Origin: Candidatus Acetothermia bacterium
GTDB taxonomy: Bacteria; Bipolaricaulota; Bipolaricaulia; M55B111
NCBI GenBank assembly: GCA_046543235.1
Contig: JBKGZT010000040.1
Span: 1 to 12,023 of the forward strand
Reading direction: 5' to 3'
DNA: 12,023 nucleotides
Under the pieces are notes generated by a model. It made no database searches and was not told the origin of the DNA. It saw only the letters and a program-made list of their open reading frames with translations. The position numbers were made by a program, and so were the translations under genes. Numbering within the stretch: the first letter of the stretch is position 1; every line of letters starts with the position of its first letter. Shown here piece after piece: positions 1 to 6,783 of this stretch.

Positions 1-626
1 TGGAATCGAAGTTTGAGGAATTCGTTAAAGAGGGTGGGTACCTGGTTGGAACTTTCAGGGCGGGAATTAAAGATTTCGATAACCACGTCACGGACGAAAC
101 CTTCCCGGGACGTCTGTCGGAGATGTTCGGGATAGAAATACACGAATTCAGCCCCGTCAATGAAAAACCTGAAGTGAGCCTAGCCAGTTTGCGGGAGGAC
201 GGGGAGTCTTACTCTGCAGTCGATTGGGTTGACTGCATTGAGACTAAAGAGGCGGAATCTCTGGCCGATTACGAGAAGGGCTGGCCTGCTGATAAAGGTT
301 TCGCGGGAGTGTCCAGAAACGAGTACGGTGAAGGAGTTGCTTATTACGTCGGACTTGCAGGTGAAGAGGATCTCTATAGTGACTTAATTTCGTACCTACT
401 GGAAAATACGGACGTAGAGTCTATCTTATCTAGCCCTGAAAACGTAGAAGTGAGGGAAAGGGTAGATCCCGAAACGGGAGCGAAGCTGGTTTTCATGGTA
501 AATCATTCACCCGAACAAAAATCCGTCAGTGTAGACGGAAACTACTGGGATCTGATCAGCTCAAAAACCGTTACCGAGGACACGGAACTTGAAGGCTTTG
601 GCGTAATGATCCTGAAGGAAAAATAG
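1..626 (+). CDS. GH42 beta-galactosidase, C-terminal part (trimerisation and C-terminal domains); 5'-truncated by the window edge
   Basis: The frame is open from position 3 (ESKFEEFVKEGGYLVGTFRAGIKDFDNHVTDETFPGRLSEMFGIEIHEF...), so ATG 123 is internal. FVKEGG..V..FRAG.KD....PG.L...FG, NEYGEGVAYYVG and FMVNHS...LEGFGVMIL match the GH42 C-terminal pattern. Galactose gene context supports the call. Confidence 0.85.
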   Translation, partial: ESKFEEFVKEGGYLVGTFRAGIKDFDNHVTDETFPGRLSEMFGIEIHEFSPVNEKPEVSLASLREDGESYSAVDWVDCIETKEAESLADYEKGWPADKGFAGVSRNEYGEGVAYYVGLAGEEDLYSDLISYLLENTDVESILSSPENVEVRERVDPETGAKLVFMVNHSPEQKSVSVDGNYWDLISSKTVTEDTELEGFGVMILKEK

Positions 627-693
627 TACGGATCCGCCGGAGGCCTAATACAGCTGATCAGTTTCGGGTCCGAAACAAGGTGAGCGTTTTGTA

Positions 694-2049
694 ATGTCTA
701 AGCCAAAAATCACTGTAATTGGTGCAGGTAGTTTCTTCACGAATGCCTGGGTCCGGGATGTTACCCTGTCCAAGGATCTGGATAAAGGGACTTTTGCCTT
801 TATTGACATCGACAGGGAAAGACTGAGCCTCTCGACAAAGATGGCCGAGAAGCTAATTTCGGATGTTGGTTCCAATTGGGAGGTTATTGCCTCGACGGAC
901 AGGCGGGAACTTCTTCCCGGCAGCGATTACCTGATCAATACTATCGAAGTCGCCGGGCTGGAGAACGTCAGGAAGGACTACGAGATTCCGAAGAAGTACG
1001 GCGTGGATCAATGCATAGGCGATACCACGGGTCCGGGTGGGATAATGAAGGCCTTTCGGACGATCCCGACGTGGCTGGATATCCTGGAAGATGCGGAGGA
1101 GCTCTGCCCTGATGCTCTTGTCTTGAACTATACAAACCCGATGCACATGATGACGATGGCAGCAAACGAGGTTTCGGATATGGAAGTAGTCGGGCTCTGC
1201 CATTCGGTTCAGGGCACCTCCAGACAGCTGGCGGGTTACCTGGAAGTTCCCTATGAAGAACTGGAATGGGAGTGCGCGGGGATAAACCACATGAGCTGGT
1301 TTACGAAACTCGAACACGAAGGTCGGGACCTCTATCCGGAACTTCTGAGAAGAGCCGAACAGCCTGAAATATACGAACAGGACCCGATAAGATTCGAGAT
1401 GACTAAGGAATTTGGCTATTTCGTCACCGAATCCAGCGGCCATTTCTCCGAGTACCTGCCTTACTTCAGAAAGGATCCGGACCTGATCGATAAGTACTGT
1501 GGCGAAGGTTATCGGGGAGAAAGCGGTTTTTATTCCAGGAATTGGCCGGATTGGCGCCGTGATCTTGATGAATTTCGGGAAAAGTGGATAGCTGGAGAGG
1601 AGATACCGGACGGGATCACGGAAGGTACACCCGGTCTCGAGGATTTTGACCCGGCAGAAAGGAGCTACGAATACGGTTCTCATATTATAGAGGCCCAAGA
1701 AACCGGCAAGGAGGCGGTGATATACGGCAATTTCCCGAATGAAGGACTAATAGACAACCTGCCGGGCGACGGGATAGTTGAAGTCAAGACGCTCGTAGAT
1801 CGAAGCGGTTTCCATCCTTGCAAGTTTGGCAGGTTACCGGAGGAGCTCGCGGGGTTGAACCGTTCAAATATGACTGTGCATAAGTTAACCGTTGAGTCAA
1901 TCCTAAATAAAGACCGTGAAGCAGGGATTCGTGCGTTCATGCTGGATCCTCTTACGGCCGCGGTTTCCACTCCTTCGAGTGTCAGGAATATGGTGGAAGA
2001 ACTCTTTGAGGCGGAAAGCGAGTACATACCGGATTATCTTACGGAATAA
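694..2049 (+). CDS. melA: GH4 family NAD+/Mn2+-dependent alpha-galactosidase (melibiase)
   Basis: Rossmann motif ITVIGAGS plus GH4 motifs DQCIGDTTGPGG, LNYTNP, VVGLCHS, AGINHMSW and TESSGHFSEY; lies next to the Leloir genes. Exact substrate specificity is inferred from context. Confidence 0.85.
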   Translation: MSKPKITVIGAGSFFTNAWVRDVTLSKDLDKGTFAFIDIDRERLSLSTKMAEKLISDVGSNWEVIASTDRRELLPGSDYLINTIEVAGLENVRKDYEIPKKYGVDQCIGDTTGPGGIMKAFRTIPTWLDILEDAEELCPDALVLNYTNPMHMMTMAANEVSDMEVVGLCHSVQGTSRQLAGYLEVPYEELEWECAGINHMSWFTKLEHEGRDLYPELLRRAEQPEIYEQDPIRFEMTKEFGYFVTESSGHFSEYLPYFRKDPDLIDKYCGEGYRGESGFYSRNWPDWRRDLDEFREKWIAGEEIPDGITEGTPGLEDFDPAERSYEYGSHIIEAQETGKEAVIYGNFPNEGLIDNLPGDGIVEVKTLVDRSGFHPCKFGRLPEELAGLNRSNMTVHKLTVESILNKDREAGIRAFMLDPLTAAVSTPSSVRNMVEELFEAESEYIPDYLTE

Positions 2050-2095
2050 ACGGCTCTTTGCCTTCGGATGTTTTACTGAAGTGGAGTGAATCAAT

Positions 2096-3136
2096 TTGAT
2101 CGAATCCAGATGCTGGGGCGAAAACGATGGAGTGCCGGTAACGCTCTATAAGTTAACCAACGACCAGGGAGCTACCCTGGAAGTTACCAACTATGGCGGA
2201 CGGGTGACCTCCCTGAAGGTTCCTGGGCCGGAGGGAGAACCGGTCGACGTAGTACTCGGATTTGACGATCTTGAGAGCTACCTGGAGGACGAGCACTACG
2301 TCGGGGCGATCGTCGGCCGATACGCCAACAGGATAGCAGGAGGCAAATTTAGCCTTGACGGTTCTACTTACCAGCTTACCCGCAACGAGGGTGACCATCA
2401 CCTGCACGGCGGTCGGCTCGGTTTCCACGACCGGATCTGGCGGGCTAAGCCCGTAAGGACGGATCGCGGTCCGGGATTAGTATTGCGTTACTTAAGCGAG
2501 GACGGCGAAGAGGGTTACCCGGGGAATTTGAGCGTCAGAGCGACTTACTTGTTGACTGATGAGAACGAGTTCCAGTTTACTTTTGAAGCAGCTACGGATC
2601 GTCCGACGATAGTTAATATCTCTCAACATAATTACTACAATTTGTCGGGAATGAATAAGAAGATAAATGACCACAGGTTGACCGTAAATGCGGAGAGTTT
2701 TACGCCGGTAAATCCGGAAGGAATTCCCTTCGGGGAAACCAAAGCGGTCGAAGGGACGCCCTTTGACTTTCGAGAACCACGGCGAATTGGAAGCGGATTG
2801 GATAACGAAGATCTTCAGCTGGAGTACGGAGAGGGCTACGATCATAACTTCGTCCTGGAGGAGGGCGCGGATTCCGCGGCGGAGCTTATTTCGCCCGATT
2901 CGGGGATAACCTTGAATCTGGTCACGGATCAACCGGGGTTGCAGGTTTACTCCGGGAATTACCTTGAAGAAGGGCTAAATGGAAAGGGCGGGGCTACTTA
3001 TGGTCCACGAGGCGGACTCTGCCTCGAGCCAGGGAACTTCCCTAACGCTCCTAACCAGGAGAACTTTCCCGATCCGGTTATCAGGCCAGGTGAGCAGTAC
3101 GAAACGAACAGCGTGATTCGATTTGGTACGGAGTGA
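2096..3136 (+). CDS. galM: Aldose 1-epimerase (galactose mutarotase)
   Basis: Motifs GAIVGRYANRI, NEGDHHLHGG, GEEGYPG, QHNYYNL, GYDHNF, TDQPGLQVYSGN and LCLE. TTG start with GGAG at 2083-2086. Confidence 0.93.
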   Translation: MIESRCWGENDGVPVTLYKLTNDQGATLEVTNYGGRVTSLKVPGPEGEPVDVVLGFDDLESYLEDEHYVGAIVGRYANRIAGGKFSLDGSTYQLTRNEGDHHLHGGRLGFHDRIWRAKPVRTDRGPGLVLRYLSEDGEEGYPGNLSVRATYLLTDENEFQFTFEAATDRPTIVNISQHNYYNLSGMNKKINDHRLTVNAESFTPVNPEGIPFGETKAVEGTPFDFREPRRIGSGLDNEDLQLEYGEGYDHNFVLEEGADSAAELISPDSGITLNLVTDQPGLQVYSGNYLEEGLNGKGGATYGPRGGLCLEPGNFPNAPNQENFPDPVIRPGEQYETNSVIRFGTE

Positions 3137-3169
3137 TTTGAGATTTGCCCGGAGTTCAAGGAGAAGATC

Positions 3170-3199
3170 GATCGGCTTCAAAGCCGAGTCAAATTTTTT
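3170..3199 (+). terminator. Possible weak intrinsic terminator or hairpin after galM
   Basis: TCGGCT-TCAA-AGCCGA stem (3172-3187), then GTCAAA and TTTTTT. The T-tract is offset from the stem, so this is tentative. Confidence 0.3.
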
Positions 3200-3235
3200 C
3201 GAGTGAGAGTCCGAAAATGCTCTTAGAGGTAAGAA

Positions 3236-3352
3236 ATGAACGAGAACTTTGACGAGAAGAGGATAGGTGGTCTGGAGAAAAAGATGTCCAAAAAAGAGGA
3301 CGGAAGGATAATTATATACTACGAGAGAAACCTCGATAGGGAGGAAGACTAG
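3236..3352 (+). CDS. Small 38-aa protein coupled to galT (MNENFDEKRIGGLEKKMSKKEDGRIIIYYERNLDREED), not in the ORF track
   Basis: SD GAGGT (3226-3230) lies 5 nt before ATG 3236. Stop TAG 3350-3352 overlaps the galT GTG (TAGTG). The KEDGRIIIYY motif resembles the DGRELIY[YF] N-terminal segment of actinobacterial GalT. Confidence 0.7.
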   Translation: MNENFDEKRIGGLEKKMSKKEDGRIIIYYERNLDREED

Positions 3353-4320
3353 TGCCGGAACTGCGCTGGAACCCGATTCTGAGACGGTGGAACATAATAT
3401 CGGACAAGAGACAGGACCGGCCCGTTTTGCCGGAGGATAGCTGTCCGCTCTGTCCCGGCGTGCTGGAAGTTCCTCAGGATGATTACTACATCGTTACCTT
3501 TGAAAACAGGTTTCCGGCCCTCGAACGAAATCCGAAGGAACCGAACGTAGAAGGAGATTCTCTTTACAGGGTACGCAAAAACATAGGAGTCTGTGAAGTC
3601 ATTCTATATTCTCCCGAACACGACGTTCCTCCGGCCGAGCTGAGCCTGGATAGGTTGGATGACCTGATAACAGTCTGGCGGGACAGGTTTGCTGAGCTTT
3701 CGGAGGAGAAATTCATAGATTACGTCTATATCTTCGAGAACCGGGGGCGGGAAATTGGAGTTACCCTGGATCACCCTCATGGTCAGCTCTATGCCTTTCC
3801 GTTCGTGCCGCCGCTCCCCCGACGATCACTGGAAAGCGCCAGGGACCATTACGAGGCGAAGGGAGAGTGCCTGTTCTGTCGAGTGATGGAAAAGGAGAAG
3901 GATTTCGAGGATAGAATTATCTGGGAAAACGAGGACTTCCTGGCCTTCGTCCCCTTTTACGCCAGGTTTCCCTACGAGGTACATCTGTATCCCAGGCGTC
4001 ACTTTCCGACGATGCTCGGCCTGAAGAAGGGGGAGGAAAGATCCCTGGCAAAGGGGCTAAAGACCGTACTGAACAGTTACAGGAACCTGTTTCCGATCGA
4101 GGATTTTCCCTACATAACAAGCTTTCATCAGGCTCCCGTGGACGGAAATGAATACCCTTTCTTCCATTTTCACCTCGAGTTTTACTCGCTGCAGCGGGCA
4201 AAAGACAAGATAAAATACCGAGCTGGAGTTGAAACCGGAACGTCGACCTTCATCTCCTCGATTTCTCCTGAGAAGATGGCCGCCGACCTGAGAGAAGCAG
4301 ACTCCGGGACCGGCGAGTGA
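3352..4320 (+). CDS. galT: Galactose-1-phosphate uridylyltransferase (class I, HIT superfamily)
   Basis: ELRWNP...RQDRP, Zn site CPLCPG, FENRFP, FENRG.EIGVTLDHPHGQ (HxHxQ catalytic motif) and CLFC. GTG start with SD GGGAGG at 3339-3344. Confidence 0.95.
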   Translation: MPELRWNPILRRWNIISDKRQDRPVLPEDSCPLCPGVLEVPQDDYYIVTFENRFPALERNPKEPNVEGDSLYRVRKNIGVCEVILYSPEHDVPPAELSLDRLDDLITVWRDRFAELSEEKFIDYVYIFENRGREIGVTLDHPHGQLYAFPFVPPLPRRSLESARDHYEAKGECLFCRVMEKEKDFEDRIIWENEDFLAFVPFYARFPYEVHLYPRRHFPTMLGLKKGEERSLAKGLKTVLNSYRNLFPIEDFPYITSFHQAPVDGNEYPFFHFHLEFYSLQRAKDKIKYRAGVETGTSTFISSISPEKMAADLREADSGTGE

Positions 4321-4327
4321 GGGGCCG

Positions 4328-5503
4328 ATGGATTTAAAAGACCTGAAGAGGGATTTTCGGAAAAGATACGGCTCCGGCAAAAGTCCTAAAGCCTACAGGG
4401 CCCCCGGCAGGGTCAACCTGATCGGGGAACATACCGACTACAACGGGGGGCTCGTCCTGCCAATTGCCGTCAATCTATCGACGTGGGTACTGGCGAGAAA
4501 GAACTCCCGGGATTCGATCCGGCTTTACTCGGCCAACCTGGATGAAGCCGGGGAGATCGAGCTCGGCGGGAAAATACGAAAGACGGAAGGCTGGACGGAT
4601 TACGTCCGTGGGATAATTTCCGGGCTAGATGAAGGGGATCGGGAGTTGCTTTCCGGGCTAGATTTCTATTTGGCCTCCGAGGTTCCGGTAGGAAGGGGCC
4701 TGTCGAGCTCGGCCGCGCTCGAGCTATCCGTGGCTACTGCCTTGAGCGAGGAGTTCGGCCTCGGCCTGGAAGGGCTGGAACTGATCCGTCTCTGTCAGAT
4801 GGCGGAAAACGACTTCGTCGGGGCCAACACCGGGATCATGGATCAGTACGTCTCCTATTACGGGAAGGAAGAGACGGCCCTGCTGATAGATACCTCCCGG
4901 CCTTCCCATGAATACGTAAATCTAGACCTCTCTGGATACGAAATCCTGGTCCTCGATACGACCGTCTCGCATACTCACGGGGGAAGCGAATACAACCAGC
5001 GCCGGGCCGAGTGCGAGGAGGCCCTGGAGTTGCTCAAAGAGGCCGACCGTTACAGGGACCTTGAATCCCTCAGCCGGCTCGATCCGGAGGACCTGGGGTT
5101 CGTCCGATCGGCCCTTCCGGAAAAGCTGGCGAACAGGGTCAGCCACGTGGTGGAGGAAAACCTGAGGGTGAAGCGGTCCGCCGATTACCTTACAGAAGGG
5201 GAAATCGAGAAAGCAGGGGAACTGTTTTTTCAGTCCCACCACAGCCTGAAGGAGCAATACGAGGTTAGCTGTGAGGAACTGGATTTCCTGGTGGAGTTCG
5301 CCCGCCGTGAGGGAGTTCCCGGCGCCCGGATGACGGGAGGGGGTTTTGGTGGAGCCTCGGTCCAGGTGGTTCCGGAAGAAAGCTCGGAAGAGTACCTGAG
5401 GGACTCCAAAAAGGAGTACCGGAAGGAGTTCGGAATCGAGCCCGAGGGGTTCTTCGTATTCCCGAGCGACGGCGTAAAAGCCGATATTGCCGGGAATGGT
5501 TAG
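4328..5503 (+). CDS. galK: Galactokinase (GHMP family)
   Basis: Motifs APGRVNLIGEHTDYNGG, PVGRGLSSSAALE, GIMDQY, YNQRRAEC, YEVSCEELD and GARMTGGGFGG; starts 7 nt after galT. Confidence 0.96.
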   Translation: MDLKDLKRDFRKRYGSGKSPKAYRAPGRVNLIGEHTDYNGGLVLPIAVNLSTWVLARKNSRDSIRLYSANLDEAGEIELGGKIRKTEGWTDYVRGIISGLDEGDRELLSGLDFYLASEVPVGRGLSSSAALELSVATALSEEFGLGLEGLELIRLCQMAENDFVGANTGIMDQYVSYYGKEETALLIDTSRPSHEYVNLDLSGYEILVLDTTVSHTHGGSEYNQRRAECEEALELLKEADRYRDLESLSRLDPEDLGFVRSALPEKLANRVSHVVEENLRVKRSADYLTEGEIEKAGELFFQSHHSLKEQYEVSCEELDFLVEFARREGVPGARMTGGGFGGASVQVVPEESSEEYLRDSKKEYRKEFGIEPEGFFVFPSDGVKADIAGNG

Positions 5504-5542
5504 GAGGCGCGGTGTTTGCTGTAGGTTTTTCAGGGTTTTTAA

Positions 5543-5638
5543 GTAGCCGGGAAGACTCCTTGCGCGGGTTCCTCAAAACTCCCTCGCTGGCGTTCTGTCA
5601 GGCATGTGCGGACCCTCGCAAGGAGTCTTCCCGGCTGC
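5543..5638 (+). repeat. ~96-nt imperfect palindromic intergenic element, copy 1
   Basis: GTAGCCGGGAAGACTCCTTGCG (5543-5564) pairs with CGCAAGGAGTCTTCCCGGCTGC (5617-5638): 22 bp with one G-U. After a C/T mismatch come 6 bp GGGTTC/GGACCC and a 38-nt loop with an inner CTGGC/GTCAG hairpin. About 74/96 identity to copy 2 by manual alignment. Confidence 0.9.
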
Positions 5639-5657
5639 CCGTAACGGATCGTAAAAG

Positions 5658-5680
5658 GTGAAAAAGTTGAGCTTTTTCAT
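5658..5680. other. AT-rich inverted repeat TGAAAAAG-N5-CTTTTTCA (hairpin or operator)
   Basis: Perfect 8-bp arms at 5659-5666 and 5672-5679; function unknown. Confidence 0.4.
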
Positions 5681-5730
5681 TATTGGCTTCTTTCCCTGAG
5701 CCTTACCCCAATATTTCGCCTCGAAAGACC

Positions 5731-5762
5731 CGCGCGGCTTGTAAGGAGGCCGCGCGTTGATT
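5731..5762 (+). terminator. GC-rich hairpin, possible terminator of the gal transcript
   Basis: CGCGCGGCTT-GTAAGG-AGGCCGCGCG 10-bp stem (one G-U) followed by TTGATT, a poor U-tract. Confidence 0.4.
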
Positions 5763-5835
5763 ACCCTCTAATAAGTGAAAACTTGAGTATTTATATCAAC
5801 ATTTGTTTAAGATAGAGAGAGGAGGAATTTGAAAA

Positions 5836-6063
5836 ATGATTACTGAAGAAGAAGTAGAAGACGCCCTTGACGAAGTCAGGCCCTCGATTCAGGCCGACGG
5901 TGGAGACGTGATCCTGGACGAAATTACCGAAGATAACGTGGTTAAAGTGCAGCTGGTAGGTGCCTGCGTCGGTTGTCCGATGTCTACGATGACGCTGAAG
6001 CAGGGAGTCGAGAAGGTCCTTGAGGCAAATATTCCCGAGATAAAAGAAGTAAAGGCAGTTTGA
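5836..6063 (+). CDS. Nfu/NifU C-terminal-domain Fe-S cluster carrier protein
   Basis: VRPSIQADGGDV and LVGACVGCPMSTMTLKQGVE (GACxxC motif); SD GGAGG at 5821-5825. Confidence 0.93.
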   Translation: MITEEEVEDALDEVRPSIQADGGDVILDEITEDNVVKVQLVGACVGCPMSTMTLKQGVEKVLEANIPEIKEVKAV

Positions 6064-6077
6064 CTCCATCGCATAAG

Positions 6078-6106
6078 TTGACCATCTCCAATTAGTATCG
6101 TACGCT
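6078..6106 (+). promoter_or_regulatory. Putative sigma70 promoter for ssb
   Basis: TTGACC (6078-6083) - 17 nt - TACGCT (6101-6106), upstream of SD GAGGT (6118-6122) and ATG 6131. Confidence 0.6.
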
Positions 6107-6130
6107 TAAAAAAAACTGAGGTGGGAAGAG

Positions 6131-6568
6131 ATGGCTGCAAGTCTTAACCAGGTTATTTTAATTGGAAACCTGACGGAAGACCCGGAGCTTCAGTATACCC
6201 AGTCCGGCGTGGCGAGAACGACCTTTACGATTGCTGTAAATCGGCAGTACCGCGACAGCAACGATGAACTGCAGGAAGACACCACCTTCGTCCCGATTAC
6301 CACATGGCGCAATCAGGCCGAAAACTGTGCCACCTACCTGAGCAAAGGGAGGCCGGTTGCAGTAACCGGGAGGTTGAGGATTTCGAACTACGAGGACGAC
6401 GAAGGCAATAACCGTAAGTGGACCAGCGTGGTCGCAAACAACGTTCAGTTCCTCGGATTCGGTCAGGACAGGGACTCTCAGGGGGGCGGCCAGAAGTCAC
6501 CTCCGGAAAAACCGGAATCGGAGGGTTCCGGTAAGACGTCCGACGACGACGAGGAAATTCCCTTTTAA
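6131..6568 (+). CDS. ssb: Single-stranded DNA-binding protein
   Basis: LNQVILIGNLTEDPELQYT, YLSKGRPVAVTGRL OB-fold, a G/Q/P linker and the acidic C-terminal tail DDDEEIPF. Confidence 0.97.
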   Translation: MAASLNQVILIGNLTEDPELQYTQSGVARTTFTIAVNRQYRDSNDELQEDTTFVPITTWRNQAENCATYLSKGRPVAVTGRLRISNYEDDEGNNRKWTSVVANNVQFLGFGQDRDSQGGGQKSPPEKPESEGSGKTSDDDEEIPF

Positions 6569-6599
6569 CCTTATTTCGTCTTTTAAAGATCCATTCTAG

Positions 6600-6692
6600 G
6601 TAGCAGGGTAGACTGTTTCTCGGGTTCCTCAAACTCCTTTGATGGCTCTTGGTCAGGCATATATAGACCCAAGAAGGAGTCTACCCGGCTGC
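6600..6692 (+). repeat. ~93-nt imperfect palindromic intergenic element, copy 2
   Basis: GTAGCAGGGTAGACTGTTTCTCGGGTT (6600-6626) pairs with GACCCAAGAAGGAGTCTACCCGGCTGC (6666-6692) with 3 mismatches. It shares CGGGTTCCTCAAA, CTCC, TGGC, GTCAGGCAT, GACCC, AAGGAGTCT and CCCGGCTGC with copy 1, in the same orientation. Confidence 0.9.
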
Positions 6693-6783
6693 TATTTAAA
6701 AATTAGTTTCTAAATTACGTTTTGGCGAAGGGTTGAGTTTAATTTCCTCTCCGTGGCTTAAGGTAGAGGGCCAGAAAACGAAG

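Noticed and set aside
123-125. ATG 123 as the start of a 167-aa protein
   Set aside because: The frame is open to the window edge with GH42-like sequence upstream, so this is an internal Met.
853-1698. 281-aa antisense ORF
   Set aside because: Lies entirely opposite the well-supported GH4 gene and has no recognisable motifs; shadow ORF.
3315-3320. TATACT as a galT -10 box
   Set aside because: No -35 at 17 nt and no extended -10 TG; it is explained by the Ile-Tyr-Tyr codons of the small ORF.
5579-5592. CTCCCTCGCTGGCG resemblance to the HDV ribozyme L3/P3 region
   Set aside because: The upstream P3 partner and the P1/P2 pairings are missing, and the motif is not kept in copy 2.
5575-5605. 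AAACTC...TCAGGCA resemblance to a glycine riboswitch 3' end; GTCAGG resemblance to SRP RNA
   Set aside because: The glycine aptamer GGAGA/CCGAAG elements and the SRP GGAA tetraloop/AGCAG are absent. The position downstream of genes also fits a riboswitch poorly.
6583-6660. Minus-strand mini-ORF starting ATGCCTGAC inside the repeat (MPDQEPSKEFEEPEKQSTLLPRMDL), as a possible type I toxin
   Set aside because: The copy 1 equivalent stops after 10 codons, the peptide is hydrophilic and copy 2 lacks a good SD. RNA/DNA structure explains the conservation better.
5543-6692. Repeats as a CRISPR array or integron attC sites
   Set aside because: Only two ~95-nt copies 1 kb apart, with no spacers or cas genes, no RYYYAAC/GTTRRRY core sites and no integrase.
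6718-6780. Loose pairing CGTTTTGGC/GCCAGAAAACG downstream of the GGR gene
   Set aside because: Bulged and interrupted with no clear U-tract; too weak to call a terminator or ncRNA.
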